64,000 nt of DNA from Chiloscyllium plagiosum (lineage: Eukaryota). The translations under genes were made by a program, and so were the position numbers. The DNA is taken from assembly GCF_004010195.1 (NCBI RefSeq), contig NC_057744.1:29727377-29791376 (forward strand). The letters are read 5' to 3'. Of this stretch, positions 38,991 through 52,513 are shown piece by piece. Position 1 is the first letter of the stretch; each line of letters starts with the position of its first letter. The notes under the pieces are model-generated. The model was not told where the DNA came from. It saw only the letters and a program-made list of their open reading frames with translations, and did no database searches.

Positions 38991-39769
38991 ATCACAGTAA
39001 AACCAGAAGGCAAAATGAAGAGGTCTGAACAGGTAAGGATTAAGGTTACATTGAAAGGCCAGAGGTGGAGACCCCTCCCGCAAACCTTCTCCACAGTCTC
39101 ACTTCCATCAACTCCTAAGCCTTTCTCAAACAAGTACAATACTCCCTGAGCCTACCTTTTTAGTAGTCGCGATGGGAATTGAAAATGGGGCATGACTTGA
39201 AACTGGCACAGAATGCCCATTCAACAAGCTGTACTTCTAACGATTGCCAGCTCCTAAGGGGAATGACCTACCATTGACCAACCTCTCCTCACTACGGAGA
39301 GAGTTGCACGCTGGTCTGTGCATTCCTTTGGGTGGCTATTAGATGCTAAAGTGACTCCTTCAGTCCTTTGCCAGCATCTTTGTTGTTTTAGAAATATTTA
39401 TTCAGCCCCTCAAGTTTTCTGGTCTCACTACAGGAATTCAGGCACATCTGAGTGATCAGCACAAAAGGAGCTCGCCAAAACTTGGCATATTTATTCCCAA
39501 ACTCAGGCAGAACTGTCAATCAAAAGCTACATTGGTAAACATACCACTGAATCAATGGCATTTAGCACTGTGATAGCAGACCCAGGGATAGCGAATGATA
39601 TCATGGGCCTTGTACTTCACTCACCTTCAGATCTCTCATCTCTCCTTTTGTACCCACTTCCAATCAATGGCAGCTTCTGAAGAGCCGTTTTGCAATGCAC
39701 TTTGTACCCTACAGTGCAACATAAATGGACGCCATTCAACTCATCGAATCTGTCACTTCAGAAGAGAAT

Positions 39770-40955
39770 TCCAGCGAGTCTGATCACTTTCATCCTCACC
39801 ACATTCACTGCTCATCCTTTCCTGATTGTTTGTCTTTTTTTTAATCTAATTTCCTTTGGAATGCTAATTTGAATCTGTATCCACCACAACATCAAACAGG
39901 CAGTGCATTCCAAATCTTAATTACATCTTTTTATCAAGATTTCCCTCATGTTGCCTTTGTTTTTTTTAATCAATCAACATAAATTAAGTTAAATATGGGC
40001 CTTCTAATGATCAATCCTTCATCCATTGGAAGACATTTCTATGTACTTGAGCTAAAACCTTCATAATTTTATGCTTTTCCATCAAATCCCCTCAGACTTC
40101 TTTACTGGAAGGAGAAAAAATCTCATCTCTCTGTAATCCCTCATGCCCAAAGATAATCTAATACATTTCTTCTGAACCCTCTGCAAAATCTTTATATCCG
40201 GTCTGTGTCCAGAATTGGAAACCACAGTCACAGTAGAATCAAACTGTTTTATACAGATTCAGCAAAAGGTGTCCGCTTTTGTACTTTATGTCTCTATGTA
40301 TCAAGAATGTAAAAACTTCAAGTTTCAATATGAAATACTTTACCAGCTTTTTAGGTGGTTGCACACAAGTGAGAGGGAAACCTTTAGAGTCATAGAGATG
40401 TACTGCACTTTTTAAAAAGTTGCTCCTTTGGCCCCTTTTATATGTTTCCCCTTTCACCCTAAACCTATGGCATCTAATTTTGGACTCCCCCACACCAGGG
40501 AAAAGACCTTGTCTATTTACCCTATCCATACCCCTCATGATTTTATAAACCTCTATATGGTCACCCCTCAGCCTCCGACACTCCAGGGAACCAGCCCCAG
40601 CCTATTCAGCCTCTCCCTATAGCTCAAACCCTCCAGCCCGGCAAAATCATTGTAAACCTTTTCTGATTCACAATATCTCTCTGATAGAAGAGACACCAGA
40701 ATTGCACACGATAAAAGCACCTGAGATGTACTTTTTTCATGTAGAGTGTGGCCCGTGTGTGGAATGAGCTGTTAGAGGAGGTGGTGGAGGCTGGTACAAT
40801 TACAAAATTTACAAGGCATCTGGATGGTATATGAATAGGAAGGGTTTAGGGGGACATGGGCCAAGTGCTTGCAAATGGGACTCAATTAGGTTAGGATATA
40901 TCTAGTCGGCATGGACAAATTGGTGTCTTTTCATGCTATAAATCTATGACTCAAT
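39770..40955. mobile_element. CR1 mosaic in both orientations
   Basis: MRGMDRVNRQGLFPGVGESK (-) in ORF 40239-40538; plus-strand CR1 3' end at 40730-40952. Confidence 0.8.
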
Positions 40956-42228
40956 AACTTGGTCAATTATATTATAAACTAGCTCTGCTTCTGTGAAACT
41001 TTGTGTCAAAATAATATTCTTAAAGACTCTTCAGATTTTCTTCAGGGTTACATTTGGGTTTTTAGGTCCTCTTTTTTTTCTTGCTACCTAACTTTTTGGC
41101 TGATGCAGTCACTTTGTAAAAATACCTTCTCTACTTGTGTTCATATATGGGCTACTTTGACTCACACAAGCAGAACTTAACAAATGTATTGATATCCTCA
41201 ATTATCAACACCACCTTGCAGCCTTCTCCTCTTTCATACCCCTTGCAACTTCCTCCTTTCCCTCCCACACCTTTGCAGCCTCTTCCTTTTCCTTCCCCAG
41301 CATTCTCAGGCTCCATGTTCCGACATCCCCCCACCTTCTCCCTTTCTCTTCCTCCTATCCCTCCCTGACACTTACAGCCTTTGTGCTCCCCCTCCACTCC
41401 TCTCCTGTACTACAGCTCTCAGCAGTCCCCATCCAGAGGTTAAGACACTGGAGTCGGAGCCACTGACCTTTGGCTGGTTCTAAATCAAAAACATAAATTG
41501 CTGGAGAAACTCATCAGCATCCATGATGAAGAGTCACCATACTTGAAATGCTGACATTGTTTTCTACCTATAGGTGCTTCCACACCTGTTGAGTTTCTCC
41601 AGTAATTCTTGTTTATGCTTCAGATCTCCAGCATCAGCAGCTCTTTGTTTTGTTATTCGGCTGGCTGCTTAGTAAGCCTATCAGCAGAAAATACACATGA
41701 TTGGTGAAACATGAGAAAAGTAGGAACTCTGATTGTGGAGCAGCTTCTTACAGATCCTGTTGTGTTCAGGTATGGGGGATAACTTACTCTGACTGCTTGG
41801 TTCTGCCTGACTCTAGATCCTGATGATTATCACCATATACAACCCTTCCCCGAGTTCTGGTCAGTATCCATTTAGAAATCTTGTGTCCAGTTCCGAGCAC
41901 CATACTTCAGGAAGGCTATATTGACCTTGGAAGATGCGTAGGGCAGATTCAGTGGACGGAAACCAGGGCTAAAATTATTACATGATGAGGACAGTTTCAT
42001 AAACTATTTCTTCAAGAAGTCAACATGAAGGGATGACCTATTCTACTTGCTTTAGATCATTGAAAACATTCAGGTAAATGGAGGGAAACTGTTTCCTCTG
42101 GTGGGTAAATGAGGTATATAACCTTAACAGGGGACTGTTCAAGTGTGAAAACAGAAAGAATGTTTTCACAGAAGCAATAGTGGAATTCTGGATCTCTCCC
42201 TGAGGGACTGTTGATGCGGGGACTCAAA

Positions 42229-42500
42229 TGGGTAGCATGGTGAGTCAGTGGTTAGCATTGCTGCCTCACAGTGCCAAAGACCCAGGTTCAATTCCACTCT
42301 TGTGCGACTGTGTGGAGCTTGCACATTCTCCCTGTGTCTGTGTGGGTTTCCTCCCACAGTCCAAAGATGTGCAGGTTAGTTGGATTGGCCCTGGGAAATG
42401 CAGGGCTACAGAGATGGGGTGGGTCTGGGTGCGATGTTCTTCAGAGGGTTGGTATGGACTCGATGGGCTGAATGACCCACTTTCACACTGTAGGGATTTG
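42229..42500 (+). mobile_element. HE1-type V-SINE inside an old CR1 fragment
   Basis: agtggttagcattgctgcctcacag head and V-domain. Confidence 0.85.
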
Positions 42501-43296
42501 ATGAAAATGTCAAACCTGATACAGGTTTTTGTTAGGTAAGGCTACAAAGGCAAAGCAGAGAACAAGACTTTGCACAAATATCTCACCTCTTCCCCCTCCC
42601 TCCCTCCCCAATCACCCATTCTGTGAAGCGGTAACAGCCAGCTACAACACCAATGGTCATGCTGTGGCTCTGCTCACTCCAAGATCCATCTCCCTTCCCT
42701 TATGAGGCTCTGCCCAGATTTATCAGGATCTGCATTTTCTAATCTGATGATTGAATAGATCGGATGTTGAGGTTTGATTTCCCATTGACACTCATCTCAT
42801 CTTATCGCTCATTAAGTCCAAATAATTGCTCGATCACTTCCTGCATTTATATTGAGTAGAAAGGGAAAAACGTATACCATATAATCCTCTAATTCAACTG
42901 GATGAATGATTGGGGGCCAGGAGTCATGACCACTAATTACATGAGGGCAGATATAATGTTTGATGTTTGGCGGGTCTACCCAGCAAATAGTGACAATTTG
43001 GAGCACCGACAGATTGCATTTACTCAAGAGAAAGCTCAATCTGTTTCTGACTGGATACCAAATCATGATGTACAGGCTGTAGTCTCCCTGTAATATGTCC
43101 AGGTTAAAGCACAGTTCCTTTAAGATTGATATGCGTCCATGCATGCACACACATCAAAGGTAACATTGTTTCCTATGCACCAGATTCTTGTTAGGTATGT
43201 CACATGACTCAGATGAAGCATTGGTAAAGAGAATAATAATCATGGCACATAAGGTATCACCATTCCACAGGATCGACTAGGTTGACTGGTAATCAA

Positions 43297-43912
43297 GTCA
43301 TAGAGCAATGCAGCATATAAACAGACCCCTTGGTTAAACTAGTCAACACTGATCATGTTTCCAAACTAAAGTAGTCCCACTTGCCTGTGTTTGGCCCATA
43401 TCCCTCCAAACCTTTCCTATTCATACACTTATCCAAATGTCTTTTAAATGTTGTAACTTTACCCACATCCATCGCTTTCTCTGGAAGTTCCTTTCACACA
43501 CAAACCATCTCTGCATAAAAAAAGTTGCCCTTCATGTCCTTTTTTAAATCTTTCTCCTCTCACCTTAAAAATATGCCCCCTAGTTTTGAACTCCCCCACT
43601 CGAGTGAAAAGACCCTCACTATTTGCCTTATCAATGTCTCTCGTGATTTTATAAACCTCTACAAGGTCACCTCTGAACCTCCCAAGCTCCAGTTAAAAAA
43701 GGTCCCAGCCTTTATTCTTATAACTCAAACCTTCCATTCCCAACAACCTTTTGGTAAATCTTTTCTGAACCATCTCCAATTTAATAATATCCCTCCTAGA
43801 CACAATGACCATATCGGCACAAAATACTCCAGAAGAGGCCTCACCAATGTCCTGTATAACCTCAATATGATATTCCATATTATACTCAAAGGTCTGAGCA
43901 ATGACGGCAACT
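43297..43912 (-). mobile_element. CR1 3' fragment
   Basis: LRLYRTLVRPLLEY and VQKRFTK motifs with CR1 tail. Confidence 0.85.
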
Positions 43913-44617
43913 GTAACCAACATGTCTATTTTTGATGCAAATTTCAAAGAATAAAGAGCCACTGCCTCTCTGTTGGCCTTTTCCTGTCTGATATTTCAAA
44001 ATGTTCATACGTAAAACAACATGAAGTTGGTTGGCACAATAAATATGGAAATGTGTTGCTGGAAAAGCGCAGCAGGTCAGGCAGCATCTAGGGAACAGGA
44101 GAATCGACGTTTCGGGCATTAGCCCTTCTTCAGGAATGAGGAAAGTTGGTCCAGCAGGCTAAGATAAAAGATAGGGAGGAGGGACTTGGGGGAGGGGCGT
44201 CGGAAATGTGATAGGTGGAAAGAGGACAAGGTGAGGGTGATAGGTCAGACTGGGGGGGGGGCGGAGAGGTCGGGAAGAGGATTGCAGGTTAGGAAGGCGG
44301 TGCTGAATTTGATGGATTCTGTTTGAGAATGTGGCTGAAGAGCTTCTATGCAGTTTAGATTATTATGCTGCACTTTGTTCTGTTTAAATACTTAATTTAC
44401 TTATTTCATCAGCTTCAGAGGAAGGGGGACTTCCTGTTTTTGTCTACATCTCGGTCAGTCTAGGTTATGGGGTGTTAACAACAGGTGGTAAGTGTTTATT
44501 ACTTGGGCTATTTTACAATGAACAGGGCTTGTTTTGTATCTGTTGTGTTGTGTTCCTCTTTGATCTGGAGTTCTTGCCACCAGTCTGCATTTTTAAATAT
44601 TTTCATAACTATTCTTG

Positions 44618-45091
44618 NNNNNNNNNNNNNNNNNNNNNNNNNNNNNNNNNNNNNNNNNNNNNNNNNNNNNNNNNNNNNNNNNNNNNNNNNNNNNNNNNNN
44701 NNNNNNNNNNNNNNNNNNNNNNNNNNNNNNNNNNNNNNNNNNNNNNNNNNNNNNNNNNNNNNNNNNNNNNNNNNNNNNNNNNNNNNNNNNNNNNNNNNNN
44801 NNNNNNNNNNNNNNNNNNNNNNNNNNNNNNNNNNNNNNNNNNNNNNNNNNNNNNNNNNNNNNNNNNNNNNNNNNNNNNNNNNNNNNNNNNNNNNNNNNNN
44901 NNNNNNNNNNNNNNNNNNNNNNNNNNNNNNNNNNNNNNNNNNNNNNNNNNNNNNNNNNNNNNNNNNNNNNNNNNNNNNNNNNNNNNNNNNNNNNNNNNNN
45001 NNNNNNNNNNNNNNNNNNNNNNNNNNNNNNNNNNNNNNNNNNNNNNNNNNNNNNNNNNNNNNNNNNNNNNNNNNNNNNNNNNNNNNNNNNN
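44618..45091. other. Assembly gap (474 N)
   Basis: Run of n characters. Confidence 1.
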
Positions 45092-45218
45092 CGCCCCCAC
45101 CCCAGTCTGACCTATTACCCTCACCTTGACCTCTTTCCACCTATCACATTTCCGACGCCCCTCGATGTAGTCACATTTCCGTATCTTTTATCTTAGCCTG
45201 CTGGACCAACTTTCCTCA

Positions 45219-45252
45219 TTCCTGAAGAAGGGCTAATGCCCGAAACGTCGAT
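45219..45252 (+). ncRNA. Minimal hammerhead-ribozyme motif (family B)
   Basis: ttc-CTGAAGA-agggctaatgccc-GAAA-CGTC-gat: core, perfect 4-bp stem II, ACGU palindrome, GUC triplet; stem I only 2-3 bp. Mirror copy at 44102-44136 (-). Confidence 0.6.
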
Positions 45253-45766
45253 TCTCCTGTTCCCTAGATGCTGCCTGACCTGCTGCGCTTTTCCAGCAAC
45301 ACATTTCCATCTCTGATCTCCAGCATCTGCAGACCTCACTTTCTCCTCAAAGATGGCACAATAAATATTCTATTAGTAGTGTCATGTTAGCTAAGGGTGA
45401 AGATAAGCAAGATCTCAGTGCATTGGTTGAATTAAAGTCCAACATATCCAGTCACCAAAGAGTAACAACTCAGAAATCAAACAGAATGCTGGGGTAGAAA
45501 ACCAAAGTATGGCAAAGAAATCAGAGAGAATCTTTCTTGAGCTTTATGTTGTTCCAGTAAAAGCACATCTTGAGTACCAAATCCAGTTATGATCACTGAA
45601 AGATACAAGAATGATTTTGAGGCCTTGGGGTTAATTCAGCGATGGGACTTTATCCCTAATGCTACAGAATTCAACAAAGACTGAAGAATTTGGCGTTGGA
45701 AAGAGGAGAAGGTGAACTGGTCTTTCTAAAGATGGGAAAAAAATGATAGAAGAAAAGCAGATCTGG

Positions 45767-46400
45767 TCATAGAGTCATAGAGATGTACAGCACGGAAACA
45801 GACCCTTCAGTGCAACTTGTCCATGCCAACAAGATATCACAACCTAATCTAGTCCCATTTGCTAACTCTTGGTCCATATCGCTCTAAACCCTTCCTATTC
45901 ATATACCCATCCAAGTGTTTTTTAAATGTTACAGTTGTACCAGCCTCCACCACTTCCTCTGGCAGCTCATTCCATACACACACCGCCCTCTGCGTGAAAA
46001 CATTGCCCCTTAGGTCTCTTTTACATCTTTCCCCTCTACCCCTAAACCTATGCCCTCTAGTTCTGGACTCCCACCTCAGAGAAAAGACTTTGCCTATTTA
46101 TCTTATCTATGCCTCTCATAATTTTGTAAACCTCAGCCTCCGACGCTCCAGGGAAAACAGCCCCTGCCTGTTCAGCCTCTCCCTATAGCTCAAATCCTCT
46201 AACCTATAAGTCCTGCTAAGATTTGCTTTCCCAAAATGCAGCACCTTGCATTTATCGAAATTAAACTCCGTCTGCCACTCCTCAGCCCATTGGCACATCT
46301 GATCAAGATCCCATTATGCTCAGGTAACCTCCTTCGCTGTCCACTATACCTCCAATTTTGGTGTCTTGTGCAAACTTACTAACTATACCTCCTATGGTAC
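45767..46400 (-). mobile_element. CR1 3' fragment with internal deletion
   Basis: QWAEEWQTEFNFDKCKVLHFG joined to LSYRERLNR; tail (gtcataga)n. Confidence 0.88.
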
Positions 46401-49400
46401 ACATGGGATTGGCTCCTAGGTGGTGCAATGGGGGTGAAAACCCTTCTGCAAATGGAGAAATTGTTAAAAGAACTATCTGGTCTTCCTAAAGTAAGGTAGG
46501 CCATTTAACCTTTGACATCATTTCAACCAGAGAATGGAATGACATTTGAAAAATAAATTGCAGTAAACCAGCTCCATACAGGAAGGAACAACTTAAAATC
46601 TAGGTGTTAAATATAACAAAATAGTGGTGTGAAGTGACAGATGTTCTGTTTTAGAGGGCAATCGTGTCAAAAAGGAAACTGTTCCATCCTTTGCTTTGAG
46701 ATTTGTAGAACAATTGAGGCGACCAAAGGCAGAAAGGTCGAGCTCAGGTTTGAATGGGAACTAGGTGAAATGATGTAGTATGTTGCTGTTATGATGGTAC
46801 ATGGGCAGAATGGAAGAGTTTAGCAAAGCAGTCTCTATCGATCTTCCATTAGAAGAGGAGTTCAGCAAATTGGATCAGAGTGGTACATGGAAATTATTGT
46901 CCCATTGCAAAGAACTAAGTATATTGACAAAGGCATGGTTAAAAAAAAACAAATGGACAGTTACTGAAGCAAAAGGGAGAGGGGGAGGAATGGTGTATCT
47001 GCTATTAGTGGTGAAAATCATGCAAGATATTTTCCCAAATATAGAAATTAGTGACATGAAAGCTGAGGATAATCAGAATTCTAATTTCACTGTAAGATGA
47101 GAAAGGTTGTGAATAAAATGGAGTGAATATTCTGAATGGCTCTGCCAGAAAATGAACATTTCAGATATCAACCAGAAACATTAATTCCCTCTACTGTTCC
47201 TGCCTGATTTGCTCAGAATTCCCAGCATTATTTTTAATTTTCAGAATCCTAACATCTGCCATAATTTCCCTTTGTTTGTTTCAGATATCCTGCAACAGGG
47301 CCAGGCATTTAGGGTGATGACTGAAAGCTGGTATTACAGACCTGTTTTTATAGAAATGGGATGGGAGAAAACATAATCCAATCATTGTCGATTAATAACA
47401 GTTGTGCAAAGTCAGTAACGAAGGGAAGAACAGCAAAAAACATGGAAAGGAAAAATGTTAAAGTGTGGCTTCAGTGGAAAGGAAAGCAAAGTCCTTCAGT
47501 TCAGAGCAAGAGCAGGATGTAACAGCAACAAAACTGTTGAGGCAGTGAGAAATAATGAGAGGGATTGTAACAGGAAGTGCTTCACAGAGCATGCATGTTG
47601 GTATGTTTGAAAATCTTACATGTTCTGATTTTGGCATCTGTTTTTTTGAGATAATGTGTGATGCTGAAAGGTGAAAATAGGTTCAGCCAAGCAAACGAGA
47701 GCAGCCTGAGGTGGTCTTTATATATGATGCATCAACACTATTGTTTGTTTCTCCTTTCTGATTAGAACAGGAAACTGCCTTGTGCTTGATTTGATGCAGC
47801 AGGGTGGATTTCTGATGAGAAACCTCAGCTAATCTCTGATAATACAAAATGATGAAGATCATTTTGTTTTATCTCTCAGCTGTACAGCCTAAACAATAGC
47901 CAACTGAAAAGTAATAAATACCATGAGCTAATTAGTACTTCCTGTCAGGAGAGTTTCTACTTCCTGCTCCTATTGTTTCTGTTGACCAAACCAATCCATT
48001 TTTACTTATATTCCGATTTTTTTTCCAATATAACGTACAATCACAAGAACAATTTACTCTTTGTGCGTTGTCACTTCCTCTCAGATTGGTTCCATTTGTA
48101 CAGAAAGGAAAGGGGCATTGAGGCTAATGCTTTTGACAGGCATTAACAACTTAATTATGTATGTTAGTGAAATTGGACCTTTTTTTACTCACAATGCATG
48201 ATTGGTCTTTGTCAGTCAAATAATGGGAACAACTGAGCTGGAGATAGTTACTGATTCTTTTGTTTTCCAAAGAAACTTTAGCACCTGCATCAATATGTGA
48301 TTAATATGTTGTAGCTTGAAGGTCTTATGACAGACACTGTTGGAACTTCCGTGGTGCTGCTTATACTCAACATTTGTTTAAAGATCAATATGTTATTGAA
48401 ATAGCAGATGGAGCCACTAGAATATAGAAAATGGTGCAATTCAGCAGTGCAGGGGACCCTGAAGCCAGTGAATTGTATTTGAAATGTTGTACGAAATACA
48501 GCAGCCAATTTGAGTACAGTAAACAGCAAAGATAATCTGGGGGCTTTTGTGCAATGTTTGTTTGATGATGTATATTGGCCAGCACACTGGGAAAACTCCA
48601 TTAGCTCTTCCTCATACAGTGCAAGAGGATCTTTTACGTGCACCTTGGAGGGAAGATTTGGTTTGACATTGCGTTGAAAGGCAGAACATTTGACAATGAA
48701 GCACTCCCTTAGTGTTGCACTTGGTGTACCCACAACCTTGGATTCCTGCTTCTAATACTGCCCCTCAGCCTGACGTGAAAGATCATATCTTCTTTCCTGC
48801 TGAACTTCAGCTGGGTGCAACCCAGCTCATCCCTTCACTGCTTCAGTTATGAGCTCTCACACACTTCAATGAGCACCATTAAGGTCCTCAGCTGGTTATT
48901 CTGAATCAGATGGTATTGCAATGAGTGTTATATTGTTGGAAGTGAATTCTCTGGTGAGACGTTACACTAAGCCCCTGTCGAAGTGTTTAGGTGGAACTAA
49001 AATAGTCAATTTCTGGAGAAGAGCTGGACATTCCCCTGACCTTATGGTCAATATTCCTCTCTCCATCAGTACCAGGCCACTAAGAGTGGGCAAAGAGTGC
49101 GCTCATCTCAATTGTTGCCTGTGTAATCTTGTGTACTGTTCTATATAGCGACAAAGATCAAAATTATTTCATTGATTGTGAAGCACTGTGGAACATCCTA
49201 AGACCATGACGAGGTATATTAAAAATTAAAAGTACTTTCTTCATGCTCTCAGGCACCATTTCTGTGCTGTTTGAGGTCTCAAGCTAATGAGCAAACTCTG
49301 AGTTCCTTTTGTTCAGCTTTCTTTTAACATGCAAATGTGAAATGGGACTTGATTATAAGAAATTGAGGTCATAGCTAGATTGGAAACAGCGGATTTCTGC

Positions 49401-50740
49401 TTTCACCCCTCAAAAATGTTGAGAAATAAGAGATTGCTTCAATTAATTAACAGTCAGGATCACAAAAAACATATCATGGGCAACCGACTCCATAGGGCAA
49501 ATGATAGTAAACCATTTGTTATTCCCACTGAAACGAGGGACAAAACTGCTGCTTCTTCTGATCAGCCAGGTTAGCAAAGTCAAAGTGTGACGTAGGGCTC
49601 CTTGGGACCTGGCAGTAAAAATTAAAAGCTTCTTTAAAAAGCTTACGTAATAGTCTGGAAAGCCAGAGTCCACTCCCACCCAGGCTCACAAGTTTGGTTT
49701 CCCTTCAAACAATTCAATGATTCTTGTTGATTGTCCTCGACCCACCGATCCCCAACAATCTTCACGGTAGGTAGGCATTGATATAGACAGTTCAATAATC
49801 AATCTCTGGTATTTGCTGATTACTCCCTAACATTCTGGCATGTAGCCTTTTATCCCCTTCACCCACCCCTAGCAACCCCCTCTCCCCACTGACCCCACAG
49901 CAGTCTGTCAATCAGGAGATAGGAGAAAAACAATCATCATAATGTTGTCGGCTAAATTTGACATAAGGTCCTCATCTCACAAACCTCCAAGTCTCTGATA
50001 CCTCTCCCACCTTCGCAAAACTGGATTCCCAGCCACCACTGCCTCTCCATAAATTCTCAGGCCAATGTTTTTATTTGGCTTTATGTCATTTGATCCACCA
50101 GGTGGAGTGAGCAATCCAATTAAGCACCAACTTAAACAGGAGTGACTGCATCAGATTTGCATGTCACCCCACTTCAGTGGCACAACATTGGCATGGTAAC
50201 TACAAATATTCTAAACCTGTGAATACATACTATAGCAAGAAACTCAGAACAACTGTTTGAGAAAAGTGAACAATATAATGTTTGTGTTCAGTTATTCTCT
50301 ACTGGAATCGATCCTCAAATTTGTGTAAATGTCGCAGCCCCAAGATTTGAAATTGGAATTAACTCTTTATGTGACCCACAACTCTCAGAAGGTACCTTTT
50401 GTCTCTGCAAAATGATTTCCACACTTCTTTTCTTTTTAAAATGTTTTTTTTTATCAGGAAAATAATAAGTACAGTTAGATTTACACTCGGAACGGAAGTA
50501 ACTTACTGCGAATACTAGGTCTTCAGAGAAAGGGCCTCGCAAGTTTGTTAGGTGATGATTTTTTTTTCAACCATCCGCTTTGATCTATTTTCATCTTTGA
50601 CTAATAATAGGCAATGGATATTGGTGAGCTGTCATCCAACACCATCGTCTCAACTGACCTTATATCGTTGAGACTTTGGACTTCTTTGATGTATATTATT
50701 GAGTTTTTAATGTCACTCCAGACTGGCTTTCAAGGTCAGT

Positions 50741-50746
50741 TTTATT
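50741..50746 (-). terminator. Candidate poly(A) signal of ROBO4
   Basis: AATAAA on the minus strand about 530 nt after the predicted stop, at the end of a repeat-free stretch. Confidence 0.35.
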
Positions 50747-51273
50747 TAAATACATGTGTTAGATTAATTAGTAATGAGATAAGTTAAAAGCTGATGTATG
50801 CTGGCAGGATGTCTGTGTACACGTACTCAGAAACTCCAAGAACAACAGCCTTACTTTTGAATTTAATCATCTCCCCCATTCGGGCCTCACATGTCTATCT
50901 ACACAATCTACAAACCAATGTCTAGATCCAGTCAGTCACTCTTCATATCACTGTTTTCTAAAATCTGACTGTACACACTCGCTGTTTTGTTTGTAGCTCT
51001 GGATTTTGAATAGGTTGCAAGTTTAGCTGTCTGGCCCTTTGTGGTTCAAAACTACCAAGTTCCCTATAAATGCTACACAGACTACACGTTGAAACCTCCT
51101 CCATTTTGATAAGTGCAGTCTTGTTGAGTAAAAATGTAAATGACTAAGTGCCCATCGATAACCATTGGAATGTCTCCATCCTACAAACAGCCATCCTTAT
51201 GGATCTGGATCCTGATGTCTGTAGGTTTCTGTATGTACAGGGATGGGTCAGGAATTCCAATCCACTCATGTTC

Positions 51274-51452
51274 TTAGACCTTAACCATGGTAAGACCATT
51301 GGTATCTGTTGGAAAATTCATTAATCCAACTTTCTCCACTTTCCTCCGAACAGCAAAACTCTTGTGTACCGGGGCTCCGACTGTTGCGAATGATACATGT
51401 ACTGCATTCAGCGCAGGGTTTGCCTGGATGTCCAATTTGGAGTTGTATCCAT
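51274..51452 (-). CDS. ROBO4: Predicted terminal coding exon of ROBO4-like gene
   Basis: Acceptor ctcctgttttgcag|AT; phase-1 frame open for DGYNSKLDIQANPALNAVHVSFATVGAPVHKSFAVRRKVEKVGLMNFPTDTNGLTMVKV*; phase matches the donor at 55711; non-repetitive. No recognised homology. Confidence 0.5.
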
Positions 51453-52513
51453 CTGCAAAACAGGAGTTAATTCTGATTTAATGTTACAAGCATACAACTC
51501 CCCCAAACCCAATGAAAATGCATCCACTACAGGACATTGTAACACAAGCAGCCCTTTATTTGGCCTCATATTTTCTTTCGCTCTGTTCCATACCACCCCC
51601 AATTTTAGTCAGATCGTGGTCCTATACATAGCCACACTCTCTCACTATTTTGTTTCTGTGCAACCCCAGTTAATTTACTGCGTTCTGAGAGGCTGCTGTA
51701 CCAGTTTGTGAATGAGACACTAAATCACAGACACAACTGTACAAGTTCAACGCTCTAGTAACTACACATCAAAATGTATTAAATTGACCATGACGCATTT
51801 TGGGACATGTTGTGGTCATGAAAGATGCTATATAAATGCAACTTATATTTTTCTTTGTTATTATTGCACTCTTGACAAGAGTCTACATAACTCACCGTGG
51901 CTGCATCGTTAGTATTTCTGAAGCAAAAATCAATATCGTATTTGCTATGATCTTTTACCCTACTCATAACCCATTTAATGTTAGTGAAGTGTTTTCTCCA
52001 ACGCAGCAGAAATCAATAAATATTATTTCAGTTGAGTTATCTGAACTAAAGCTTTAGTGCAAAGCCTGCACTGGGTAATGGAGCCAACGTAACTAGGTTA
52101 AATGAAGCTCCACTTATAGAAGCCAGTCTGCATTGTATTATGGCCACATGAAATCATACTTGTGGCTCCTTCAAACACAGTAAATTAATTCATCTGTTTA
52201 AAACTTCCATAGCAAAGAATTTAATACAGACAGAGTGTGCCTAAACACCCAGCATGACTAGCTCAAATATACTATTTTGCTCTGAATGGCGATTCATATC
52301 TGACACTTTCAAAGCACAGTTAGTTTGATTTCTGATAGAAATGTTGATGTGGGCCAGGCAGGAAAGAGGAACTGAGACCAAACTAGATCAGTCACTATTG
52401 AGCCTGATGGGCCAAAGGGTCTACTCTGTTGCTAAATCCTATGTTCCTTTGCGAGAAGTGGCAAACATCCAAGTGCTGAATCTTCCACTGACAGGGCGAA
52501 GATTGAGAGGGTC

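Larger units (their letters stand above)
44047..45353. mobile_element. Inverted-arm Penelope element (family B) spanning the assembly gap
   Basis: 44047-44262 is largely the reverse complement of 45092-45309; exact 15-bp TSD tggcacaataaatat at 44032-44046 and 45354-45368. Confidence 0.85.

Noticed and set aside
41200-41430. Proline-rich ORF and C/T-rich tract
   Set aside because: Low-complexity decayed tandem repeat (ccttgcagcct-like units) without splice support.
42810-43150. Overlapping ORFs with faint LINE-like words
   Set aside because: Possibly an ancient L2-type RT remnant on the minus strand, but too decayed to call by eye.
44472-45196. Five long ORFs
   Set aside because: Artefacts of translating the N gap.
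51287-51481. Plus-strand 64-aa ORF
   Set aside because: Best explained as the antisense shadow of the predicted ROBO4 terminal exon.
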